Assembly: GCF_021054785.1 (NCBI RefSeq)
Contig: NZ_CP088239.1
Location: 60,001-92,000 of the forward strand
Direction: 5' to 3'
DNA: 32,000 bases
DNA from: Tannockella kyphosi
Lineage (GTDB): Bacteria; Bacillota_I; Bacilli_A; Erysipelotrichales; Coprobacillaceae
Shown: in pieces, positions 1-7,594 of the stretch
How the letters are laid out: each line of letters starts with the position of its first letter
Position numbering within the stretch: position 1 is the first letter of the stretch
Notes under the pieces: model-generated
Told to the model about the DNA's origin: nothing
Databases searched by the model: none
Seen by the model: the letters and a program-made list of their open reading frames with translations, nothing else
Translations under genes and position numbers: made by a program

Positions 1-52
1 TGCAAAATATATAGACTTGCATTAAGATATTCTATAATACTAACTTAAGATA

Positions 53-83
53 AAAAGCTTGTAGACATGGTCTATAAGCTTTT
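53..83 (-). terminator. Rho-independent terminator after the PPC-domain gene
   Basis: 14-bp stem aaaagcttgtagac/gtctataagctttt (one G-U), 3-nt loop, T-run on the minus strand; overlaps the stop at 72-74. Confidence 0.6.
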
Positions 84-467
84 TATCATTAATTCTTCAT
101 ATCCTGAATTTTCATCCATTTCTCTAGTGAAACAATATTCTTCCATTTCTAAAATCACTATCTCACAAGTTGTATTCACAAGACAACCATCCATTAAGTG
201 ACCACCAATTGTACATAAATCATTATCACTTAAGGAAATATGCAAATGACTACCATGCAATGAAACAGTACCCATTAAAGATACTATTTCATAATCTTTC
301 TTATCATAATGCAACGTTACACCATCTGCTTTACGAATACAAACAGTGTGGATACACCCAACACCAGATAAAATACATCCAGCTTGAATATTATTTTCTA
401 ATACATACTGATCTATTTTTTTCATTATATCATCATTATAAACCAATCGAAAAACATGTGTTTTCAT
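72..467 (-). CDS. PPC (DUF296) domain protein, predicted DNA-binding
   Basis: 131-aa ORF with AGGAG RBS. Family-typical pattern GVGCI...LMGTVSLHGSHLHISLSD..GGHL...EIVILE. Confidence 0.65.
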   Translation of the reverse strand: MKTHVFRLVYNDDIMKKIDQYVLENNIQAGCILSGVGCIHTVCIRKADGVTLHYDKKDYEIVSLMGTVSLHGSHLHISLSDNDLCTIGGHLMDGCLVNTTCEIVILEMEEYCFTREMDENSGYEELMIKSL

Positions 468-492
468 AAATAGAACTCCTCTTTATTTTATT

Positions 493-520
493 AAAAAAGC
501 ATTCATTAGAATGCTTTTTT
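493..520. terminator. Bidirectional hairpin terminator
   Basis: aaaaaagcattc-atta-gaatgctttttt, perfect 12-bp stem with A/T runs on both sides; overlaps the stop of the TPM gene. Confidence 0.7.
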
Positions 521-1289
521 AGAATTTACCACCACGGCCACCGCTACTTCCGCCACCGCCGCCACGGCCACCGCCACCACCATTGTTTTTAGGTTTTACG
601 GTTTTTGATACATGGCTGTATAAGAAACGATCATTGCTATCGGTAAGATTAAATGTTTCTCTAGAAAGATAATTTCCAGCACTATCATTAGCACGAATTG
701 TGTTCATTTGTTTTGATAAGCTAACTACGTATAATATAGAAACAACAACTGAACCAACAACAATATAAATAAGATATTCAAAAATATCAGTAAATTCTTT
801 ATATTCATGACTATATGTATAAGGAGTATCTGTTTTTGCTTCTTTTACAAAAAGGGAACTATAGTAAACAAAATCATAAAATCCTTCATCATAATCACCA
901 CTACTAAAATCAGAAATAACTTTTTCTTCCATCTGGTCAAGGCAATAATCATTAATCGCAAAATCGCCATAACCTTCAGTAGAAATATACCAATCTCTTG
1001 TATCAAGAGAAAGAACTAAAATAACTCCATCACTATCATTATATAACTGAGTATATAAATCATCTGTGTAAGAACGCATGGTTACTTCACTACCATAATC
1101 ATCCACAGTTACAACACAAATATCAAAATCATATGTTTCTCTTACTTCATCAATAATCTCTTGCATTGCAGTTTCACATTCGCTAGAAATTAAATTAGAT
1201 TCATCATATATGTCTGAAGCATAGGTTGGTAAAATGCTACAACAACAAACAAATAGACAACAAGTAAGTGCGCTTATTACTTTTTTCAT
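519..1289 (-). CDS. TPM-domain protein (YdjH/YgcG-like): signal peptide, TM segment, Gly/Arg-rich tail
   Basis: Start reassigned to the ATG at 1289 (MKKVISALTCCLF...); the track start at 1325 is GTG. TPM-like core (DFDICVVTVDD...DGVILVLSLDTRDWYISTEGYG), TM segment IYIVVGSVVVSILYVV, tail GGGGGRGGGGGSSGGRGGKF. Start lies 1 nt after the upstream stop. Confidence 0.75.
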   Translation of the reverse strand: MKKVISALTCCLFVCCCSILPTYASDIYDESNLISSECETAMQEIIDEVRETYDFDICVVTVDDYGSEVTMRSYTDDLYTQLYNDSDGVILVLSLDTRDWYISTEGYGDFAINDYCLDQMEEKVISDFSSGDYDEGFYDFVYYSSLFVKEAKTDTPYTYSHEYKEFTDIFEYLIYIVVGSVVVSILYVVSLSKQMNTIRANDSAGNYLSRETFNLTDSNDRFLYSHVSKTVKPKNNGGGGGRGGGGGSSGGRGGKF

Positions 1290-1290
1290 A

Positions 1291-2379
1291 TTAGAAGAAC
1301 CAAGCAAATAGTGTACCAACCACACTACATGCTACCATGCTTTTCATAAAATAAGTAATACACTTTGTACGATCAATAGGTAACTTACCAACAAATTTAC
1401 CTGTTTGTCCATTCATTGCAAAAGTATACAATTCATCTTTATAACGAGTATTTAAAATCCATACAGGTAATAAAGCATATTGAATTGTTCCTTGTTCAAT
1501 ACGAATGTTTTTATGATCCACATGAACTGTATTATAACCAGTTACTGTTCCTTGTAATTGGTTTGTAACACTATTTGTGATACGAGTATTAATACGTTGT
1601 TCATTATCAAGGCAAGTAACATCATATTTTGATGCTAGATAACCAGATAAAAAACCAGTATTGAAAGGTACTGCTTTCGTATAATCAAATGGTTCAATAG
1701 ATTCCATCATTGTATCATCCATTTTAATAGAACCATCGGCAGGAACTTTTTCAAATCCCATTGTTCCTTTTCTATGGGCAGCATAATATTTAGTTTTCGT
1801 ATAAATATAGTTACGATCACTCCACGTATTTGAACGTGTTGCTTTAAACATCACATCTCCAGCACTAGTACAATCATATAACCAGAAAGGAACATAAAGT
1901 CCTTGAACTTCTTCAATATGATTATCTGTTTTAAAGCATCTAGGTAATAGTTTTTTTCCTTTTAAAAAGTTAGATAAACTATTAATTGCTTTTTCACGAT
2001 CTAATTGGAAAGGGATTACTAAATCAGGTCGATAAGATCCTTCTAATTGATCCATTAAGACAACTGGATTGTCACAATAAGGACACTTTGTTGCAGCAGT
2101 TACACTATCGGTAATAATTTGACCACCACATGATTTACATTGATAATATTTTAATTGATCAGCTTCTTCTACGTTCCAATCTTCTTGTTTATAATCTTCC
2201 CATTTCGGTGTTTCTTCTTTTGTTTCTATATGTTTAGTATAGTCATTTAATGTTGTTGCATCGAATGTTGAATCACAATAAGGACAAGTCATTTCTTGAG
2301 ACGATGAGTCAAAAGTTACATACCCGCCACAATTAGGACACTTGAATTGATCAGCAGTACTATTTTTTGTCGTTTCCAT
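1291..2379 (-). CDS. Double zinc-ribbon membrane protein (YdjG-like)
   Basis: Two CxxC...CxxC ribbons (CPNCGG..CPYCDS; CKSCGG..CPYCDN) and a C-terminal TM segment. ATG at 2379 (the track start at 2382 is TTG). Overlaps the upstream SPFH gene by 20 nt. Confidence 0.6.
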   Translation of the reverse strand: METTKNSTADQFKCPNCGGYVTFDSSSQEMTCPYCDSTFDATTLNDYTKHIETKEETPKWEDYKQEDWNVEEADQLKYYQCKSCGGQIITDSVTAATKCPYCDNPVVLMDQLEGSYRPDLVIPFQLDREKAINSLSNFLKGKKLLPRCFKTDNHIEEVQGLYVPFWLYDCTSAGDVMFKATRSNTWSDRNYIYTKTKYYAAHRKGTMGFEKVPADGSIKMDDTMMESIEPFDYTKAVPFNTGFLSGYLASKYDVTCLDNEQRINTRITNSVTNQLQGTVTGYNTVHVDHKNIRIEQGTIQYALLPVWILNTRYKDELYTFAMNGQTGKFVGKLPIDRTKCITYFMKSMVACSVVGTLFAWFF

Positions 2380-3682
2380 CAATTACATCCCCACATTCAG
2401 GACAGAATTTTGGAGCAGGTTCACCATCTTTAGGAGTCCATCCACATTTATCACAAACAATTTTTACTGTTGCTGGTTTCCCACATTCTGTACAGAACTT
2501 ACCAGCATTGACAGTACCACATTCACAAGTCCATCCTCCTGCCGGTTTTGGTTTCCCACATTCAACACAGAACTTACCAGTATTAACAGTACCACATTCA
2601 CAAGTCCATCCATCTACAGGTGCACTAGCAACACCAACTGGTGCTGGTTGAGTAGGGGCATCTTGTTGTTGTTGACCCATTGCAAATAATGATTGAGGAG
2701 AAGCTCCACCACTAGCACTTTGAGCCATATTCATTCCAGCAAAAGCCATAAAAGCACCTTGACCTTCATTAGCAGCAGCTGATTTTAAAGCTTCTGCTTG
2801 AGCTTGAGCAAGCATTGCAGCAGCTAAAGTTGGATCACGATAAACAGCAGTTTTTTGTAATTCTGTAATCATTGCTTCATCTTCCTGTGAAGCAGTAGCA
2901 GAATTAACACCAAATGAAACGATTTCTAAACCACGAAGTTCTTTCCATTTTTCTGATAAAAGATCATTTAAAACAGTAGCCATCTCTTCCGCATGATTTG
3001 GTAATGCTGAATAACGAATTCCCATTTCAGAAATTTTCCCAAAAGCAGGTTGCAAAGCAGTTAATAATTCTGTTTTTAACATGCTATCGATTTGAGAACG
3101 TTTATATTCAGTTGTTACATTTCCAACAACATTTGTATAGAATAATAAAGGATTTGTAATTTTATAAGAATATTCTCCATTACAACGAATAGAAATATCA
3201 ACATCCAAACCAATATTTTTATCCACTACTCGAAAAGGAATAGGGTTCATTGTTCCATATTTATTTCCTGTTAATTCTTTTGTATTAATATAATATACTC
3301 TTTGATCATTAGGAATCTCACCACCAAAAGTAAAACGATTTCCTAAAGTCTTAAATGATTCTATGATACTAGTACCTAAACTTCCTGCAAAAATACTAGG
3401 TTCAGTTGAAGTATCATAAGTAAAAGCACCTGGTTCGGCACATACTTCCATAATTTTCCCTTGTGCTACAATTAACATACATTGGCCATCAGCAACACTA
3501 ACAACAGAACCATTTGTAATCACATTATCTGATCCTTTTGTATTTGATGAACTAGAAGATGATTTCTTCACACCTTTCACTAATAATGTATCATTACTTA
3601 TTGAGTCACAAACAAAGTACTCTTTCCATTGATCGGCTAAAGTAGTGCTTAAAGCACTAGTTGCAGCTTTAATTAATCCCAT
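2360..3682 (-). CDS. SPFH-family protein of the YdjI / COG4260 (virion-core-protein-like) type with a triple Zn-ribbon tail
   Basis: 440 aa, GGAGG RBS. N-terminus MGLIKAA..LADQWKEYF and NGSVVSVADGQCMLIVAQGKIMEVCAEPG are typical of this family. C-terminus carries three CxCG..CxxCG ribbons. Confidence 0.7.
   Translation of the reverse strand: MGLIKAATSALSTTLADQWKEYFVCDSISNDTLLVKGVKKSSSSSSNTKGSDNVITNGSVVSVADGQCMLIVAQGKIMEVCAEPGAFTYDTSTEPSIFAGSLGTSIIESFKTLGNRFTFGGEIPNDQRVYYINTKELTGNKYGTMNPIPFRVVDKNIGLDVDISIRCNGEYSYKITNPLLFYTNVVGNVTTEYKRSQIDSMLKTELLTALQPAFGKISEMGIRYSALPNHAEEMATVLNDLLSEKWKELRGLEIVSFGVNSATASQEDEAMITELQKTAVYRDPTLAAAMLAQAQAEALKSAAANEGQGAFMAFAGMNMAQSASGGASPQSLFAMGQQQQDAPTQPAPVGVASAPVDGWTCECGTVNTGKFCVECGKPKPAGGWTCECGTVNAGKFCTECGKPATVKIVCDKCGWTPKDGEPAPKFCPECGDVIDGNDKK
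2475..2611 (-). repeat. Tandem 75-nt coding duplication (two Zn-ribbon modules)
   Basis: 62-nt cores at 2475-2536 and 2550-2611 are near-identical, with about 5 mismatches by eye. They encode GWTCECGTVN(T/A)GKFC(V/T)ECGKP. Confidence 0.85.
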
Positions 3683-3705
3683 CTTGATAATCCTCCTTTT
3701 TTGTT

Positions 3706-3734
3706 ATTATAACACCAAATTTAGGGCTTGTTAA
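3706..3734 (-). promoter_or_regulatory. Sigma-A-type promoter of the SPFH/Zn-ribbon/TPM operon
   Basis: On the minus strand: TTAACA, 17 nt, TATAAT with TGn extended -10 (tgTTATAAT), about 25 nt upstream of the ATG. Confidence 0.6.
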
Positions 3735-3802
3735 TTTATATAGTTAAAATAATGTAAATTTCAATTATTATTGTATAATTCACTATGAAAAATGAATACA
3801 TA

Positions 3803-3830
3803 TTGACATTCAAGAAGGAAGGTGTAAAAT
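3803..3830 (+). promoter_or_regulatory. Sigma-A-type promoter of the thiol-redox operon
   Basis: TTGACA (3803-3808), 16 nt, TAAAAT (3825-3830). Confidence 0.6.
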
Positions 3831-3834
3831 AAAG

Positions 3835-3858
3835 TCATATCAATATATTTTGATATGA
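3835..3858. promoter_or_regulatory. Perfect 9-bp inverted-repeat operator overlapping the predicted transcription start
   Basis: TCATATCAA-tatatt-TTGATATGA, starting 5 nt after the -10 and ending 17 nt before the ATG at 3875. Confidence 0.6.
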
Positions 3859-3874
3859 TAAAGAAGGTGATGGA

Positions 3875-4129
3875 ATGGCGAATGTAGTGCACTTTAATAA
3901 AATTGTAGAAATCAATCAAGCATTAAAACAAGCAGGATTAAGCTGTTCTATTCATGCAGTAGGTGGATGTACCTGTTGTGGATTAGAATTACGATCACCT
4001 AAAGCAATAAATCAAGAAGAAGCGATTCTTATTATTAATCAATGTTTAAAAGAACAGTGGTTATATGTTTATCCTGATGGACAATTGTTAAGAATAGAAT
4101 CGAAATTCAAAAAACTAGTGAGGGAATAA
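3875..4129 (+). CDS. Hypothetical 84-aa protein with a GGCTCCG cysteine cluster
   Basis: RBS aagaaggtga. No family recognised. Cys cluster CSIH...GGCTCCG. Lies 2 nt upstream of the thioredoxin-like gene. Confidence 0.5.
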   Translation: MANVVHFNKIVEINQALKQAGLSCSIHAVGGCTCCGLELRSPKAINQEEAILIINQCLKEQWLYVYPDGQLLRIESKFKKLVRE

Positions 4130-4131
4130 AA

Positions 4132-4428
4132 ATGAAACTATTTCAAAGTAAAGCAGGATCAGTAAAATCAAATGCATTAAATGCAAGAGTAAAAGTATTA
4201 GGATCAGGTTGTAAAAAATGTAATGAATTAGAACAAAATGTAAAACTAGCATTAGTAGAATTAGGAATGGAACCAGTAGTAGAACATATTACCGATTTTT
4301 CTAAAATAGCAACTTACAATGTAATGAGTATGCCAGCATTAGTAGTTGACAATAAAGTAGTTAGTTATGGAAAAGTATTAACAGTAAATCAAGCAAAAGA
4401 ATGCATTCAAAATGCAACAGGAGAATAA
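4132..4428 (+). CDS. Small thioredoxin-fold protein (redox-active disulfide protein 2 type)
   Basis: 98 aa. VKVLGSGCKKCNEL (CxxC after beta-1) and MPALVVDNKVV are typical of the small Trx-like proteins found in ars/redox operons. Confidence 0.75.
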   Translation: MKLFQSKAGSVKSNALNARVKVLGSGCKKCNELEQNVKLALVELGMEPVVEHITDFSKIATYNVMSMPALVVDNKVVSYGKVLTVNQAKECIQNATGE

Positions 4429-4429
4429 A

Positions 4430-4846
4430 ATGTTACCAAAAGTAGCCTTTATATGTGTTCATAATTCATGTCGAAGTCAAATGGCAGAAGCATTAGGAAA
4501 ACAGTTAGCAGCCGATGTTTTTGAAAGTTATTCAGCAGGAACACACACGAAACCACAAATTAATCAAGACGCTGTGCGTCTAATGAAAGATGTCTATCAA
4601 ATAGATATGGAAGCAACCCAATGTTCGAAAGTATTAGAAGATATACCAGCAGTAGATATTGTTATTACAATGGGGTGTAATGTGGAATGTCCTTTTTTAT
4701 CATGTAGTCATCGAGAAGACTGGGGATTAGATGATCCTAGTGGTAATGAGGATGCTGTATTTTTAGAAACAATGAAAATGATTGAAACAAAAATTCTAGA
4801 TTTAAAAAAACGTATTCAAACAAATACTATTGAGATAGACTCTTAA
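4430..4846 (+). CDS. arsC: Arsenate reductase-type LMW protein-tyrosine-phosphatase family protein
   Basis: Start reassigned to the ATG at 4430 (AGGAG 6 nt upstream; 1 nt after the preceding stop). CX5R(S) P-loop CVHNSCRSQMAEA; distal Cys in TMGCNVECPFLSC; DWGLDDP motif. Confidence 0.8.
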   Translation: MLPKVAFICVHNSCRSQMAEALGKQLAADVFESYSAGTHTKPQINQDAVRLMKDVYQIDMEATQCSKVLEDIPAVDIVITMGCNVECPFLSCSHREDWGLDDPSGNEDAVFLETMKMIETKILDLKKRIQTNTIEIDS

Positions 4847-4888
4847 TAGTTTTTTTGTTATTGTATAAGTATTAGAAAAGAGGATGTT

Positions 4889-6964
4889 ATGAGAGGATAT
4901 ATTATTGAAAAATATAATAATATGAAAGGATCGTATAGTTGTTATCGACTTTTAGAAGAAGCAAAGAAGTTAGGTGTTTCGCTTCAAATTATTGGTAGTG
5001 AGGATACTAGTTTGAAAGATGGATACTTTTATAATGATGGAAAACGATTAGAAGAAGGAACGTTTCTTTTCAATCGCTCAAAAGATAAAAAAGTAAAAGA
5101 CTTTCTTTCCCTAACAAAACATAGTTATAATCAAACAAATCATTTCTTATATTACAATAACAAATATCATCAACTCCTTGCCATTAAAAACACAGATATT
5201 ATGACTCCTAATTATCTCTATGGAGATACAAATAAGGTATATCAAGATATCATAGAACAGATAGGTCTTCCTTTTGTAGCAAAAGGATTAGAAAGTTCCA
5301 TGGGTAAAGAAATATATTTAATTACAACAAAGAAAGAATATGCTTCTTTACCAGAAGCAAATTATTTATTTGAAGAATATATAGCTACAAGTTATGGCAA
5401 AGACCTCCGAGTATATGTTATTAATAACAAGGTTGTAGCATGTATGAAAAGACAAGCAAGAGAAGGCTTTAAAGCGAATGTTGCATTAGGTGCCACTGTT
5501 ACTAATTATTCAATAACACCAGAAATACAAACCATTGTACAACAAATTAGTGAGGTTATTTCTTTGGATTATTATGGTTTAGATTTGTTGTTTGGTAAAA
5601 CTGGATTTGTATTTTGTGAGCTAAATGTAATGGCGGGATTACAAGGCATTGAACAAGCAACCAATGTGAATATAGCTAAAAAAATAATCCAACATATTAT
5701 AACAAAAGAAAAAGAACAAGTAATCCAAGATAGCTATCAATCGTATTTAAAAGCACAACCTTTTCTTGATTATCATGCCCTAGATAGTACCAAAAGACAT
5801 CCAGAACTTAGTCAATCAATAATCGAAACATATTGTCCAAGCAATAATGTAGTAATAACAGGTAGTAAAGGCAAAGGAACAACAGCTAGAATACTTGCAA
5901 AGCTATTAGAAAATGTAGGAAAAGTAGGGTTAATGACTAGTCCACATATTTTAGATTTTACAGATCGTATTCAAATAAATAGCCAACCAATTAATGATCT
6001 AAACTTTGTTAACGTAATGGATCAAGCAATAACCAAAACAAAAGATATTTCATTACCAGAACACCAATATATTAGTCCAATAGCTATCCAAGCAATTGCA
6101 TCCTTAGAATATTTCAAACAAGAACAAACAGATTATCAAATCTTTGAATGTGGAAAAGGAGTACGATATGATGATGTCAATAACATCAAACATAAATACG
6201 CTATTATTAATCCTATCTTTTTAGAACATACAAGAGAATTAGGGAATAGTATTGAAGCAATTATAGAAGATAAATTAGCGATAATTACAAAGGAAACAAA
6301 GTATGTTTTTATTGCCAAACAAAACTTTGATATCGATCTTATATTATCCAAGGTTCCTAGTCATTGTATCGCTAAAATAGAAGGAATTGATTATGGAATT
6401 AAAAACCTGCGTTATACCAATCAAGGGATGATTTTTGATGTTTTTAGTAAATATAATTATCAAGATATCTCTCTTCATTTATATGGGAAACATATGGCAA
6501 AAAATACAGCTTTAGCCTTATGTGCTTATGAAACAATAACGAAAGAACAATATCCTAAAAAAGATATTCACCTATCTGTTCCAGGAAGACTGGATATCAT
6601 TAGAACAGATCCTTTTCTATTAGTAGATGCTTGTATTCATGAAAGAAGTAGTTATGAAGTATTGAAAGTTTTAGAATATCGAGGGTTAAAGAAGGTTGTT
6701 TTTGTAATTGCGATTCCTGATGATAAGGATTATATAGGGGTTATTGAAACAATACAAGCGTATGCTAGTAAGATTATTTTAACAAAAACAAAGAATCCAC
6801 ATTATCATTTTAGCGATAACCAACAAAAGGTCTTACAAACAAAAAATATTCCTTTTGAATACATAGAAGAAGTGGGTATTCTTGAAGAAGATGTTTGTTA
6901 TTTAGGAACAACAGCCTATGTAACAGAAATATTAAATCTCTTAAAAGGTAGTGAAAATGGGTAA
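4889..6964 (+). CDS. Fusion protein: RimK-type ATP-grasp ligase (about aa 1-275) plus FolC-type Mur ligase (about aa 283-691)
   Basis: N-terminal half resembles RimK: GKDLRVYVINNKVVACMKRQAREGFKANVALGATV, DYYGLDLLF, ELNVMAGLQGIE. C-terminal half resembles FolC: VITGSKGKGTT P-loop, MTSPHILDFTDRIQIN, FECGKGVRYDDVN, INPIFLEHTRELGNSIEAIIEDKLAI, PGRLD..LVDACIHE. Confidence 0.75.
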   Translation: MRGYIIEKYNNMKGSYSCYRLLEEAKKLGVSLQIIGSEDTSLKDGYFYNDGKRLEEGTFLFNRSKDKKVKDFLSLTKHSYNQTNHFLYYNNKYHQLLAIKNTDIMTPNYLYGDTNKVYQDIIEQIGLPFVAKGLESSMGKEIYLITTKKEYASLPEANYLFEEYIATSYGKDLRVYVINNKVVACMKRQAREGFKANVALGATVTNYSITPEIQTIVQQISEVISLDYYGLDLLFGKTGFVFCELNVMAGLQGIEQATNVNIAKKIIQHIITKEKEQVIQDSYQSYLKAQPFLDYHALDSTKRHPELSQSIIETYCPSNNVVITGSKGKGTTARILAKLLENVGKVGLMTSPHILDFTDRIQINSQPINDLNFVNVMDQAITKTKDISLPEHQYISPIAIQAIASLEYFKQEQTDYQIFECGKGVRYDDVNNIKHKYAIINPIFLEHTRELGNSIEAIIEDKLAIITKETKYVFIAKQNFDIDLILSKVPSHCIAKIEGIDYGIKNLRYTNQGMIFDVFSKYNYQDISLHLYGKHMAKNTALALCAYETITKEQYPKKDIHLSVPGRLDIIRTDPFLLVDACIHERSSYEVLKVLEYRGLKKVVFVIAIPDDKDYIGVIETIQAYASKIILTKTKNPHYHFSDNQQKVLQTKNIPFEYIEEVGILEEDVCYLGTTAYVTEILNLLKGSENG

Positions 6965-7042
6965 GCGTTATTGGATGGTTATGCTAACTATCTTGTTTTC
7001 TATAATATAGTATGTTATTGTTGCAATATCGGAGGAATAAAA

Positions 7043-7573
7043 ATGAGAAAATACATAGGCTTATTAGGAATGCTTTTATTAACAATCACATTAACAGGAT
7101 GTGATCAAACACAAGAAGAACTATTAGATTCACAAGAAATAGAAATTTTAGAAGAAGAACAAGAGGTAGTAGGATACGATTATGCATTAGAAGATTTAAA
7201 ATTGACATCTGCTAGTGAGGGAGATACTTTTGTTATTGATATTACAGGCGATGTTATCACAGAATATAGTGAAGCAACTATTAATGGAGATCAGGCAATC
7301 TTTATGCTAAGTATGGAAATGGATGCTGTAACGGTTGCTAGTTTTTCTTATGAAAGTGGACAAACAGTAGTTAGTTGTAATGAAGATAATGATGCCATTG
7401 TATCTATTATTATTGATGGCGATTCTCTAACAATTCATGCCACTAATTTCCCCTATGCAATAAGTGAGATAGAAGCTTATACAACCATGATTGTAATCGA
7501 TGGAGAAACAAAATATAATTATGTTTATACCAGTGATGAAGTAGAACAAGACACTTCATTATTAGAATCATAA
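7043..7573 (+). CDS. Acidic lipoprotein, function unknown
   Basis: Start reassigned to the ATG at 7043 (GGAGG RBS; the track start at 6971 is TTG). Signal peptide with lipobox LTLTGC. Confidence 0.65.
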   Translation: MRKYIGLLGMLLLTITLTGCDQTQEELLDSQEIEILEEEQEVVGYDYALEDLKLTSASEGDTFVIDITGDVITEYSEATINGDQAIFMLSMEMDAVTVASFSYESGQTVVSCNEDNDAIVSIIIDGDSLTIHATNFPYAISEIEAYTTMIVIDGETKYNYVYTSDEVEQDTSLLES

Positions 7574-7594
7574 AAGGAGCCTAAGCTCCTTTTT
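7572..7594. terminator. Bidirectional terminator between the lipoprotein and LysR genes
   Basis: aaaaggagc-ctaa-gctcctttt hairpin overlapping both stop codons. Confidence 0.7.

Noticed and set aside
528-590. GC-rich ccaccgcc-type repeat tract as a possible phase-variable simple repeat
   Set aside because: It is imperfect, in frame, and encodes the Gly/Arg-rich C-terminal tail that is typical of TPM-domain (YgcG-like) proteins.
2367-2651. 94-aa repetitive His/Pro-rich ORF on the + strand
   Set aside because: It is the antisense shadow of the duplicated Zn-ribbon coding repeat in the SPFH gene. It has no RBS, and its repetitiveness is explained by the sense-strand duplication.
3875-4846. Calling this a complete arsenic-resistance (ars) operon
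   Set aside because: No arsR, arsB/acr3, arsA or arsD is present in the window. Only the reductase-family gene and a Trx-like gene are present, so resistance function is not supported.
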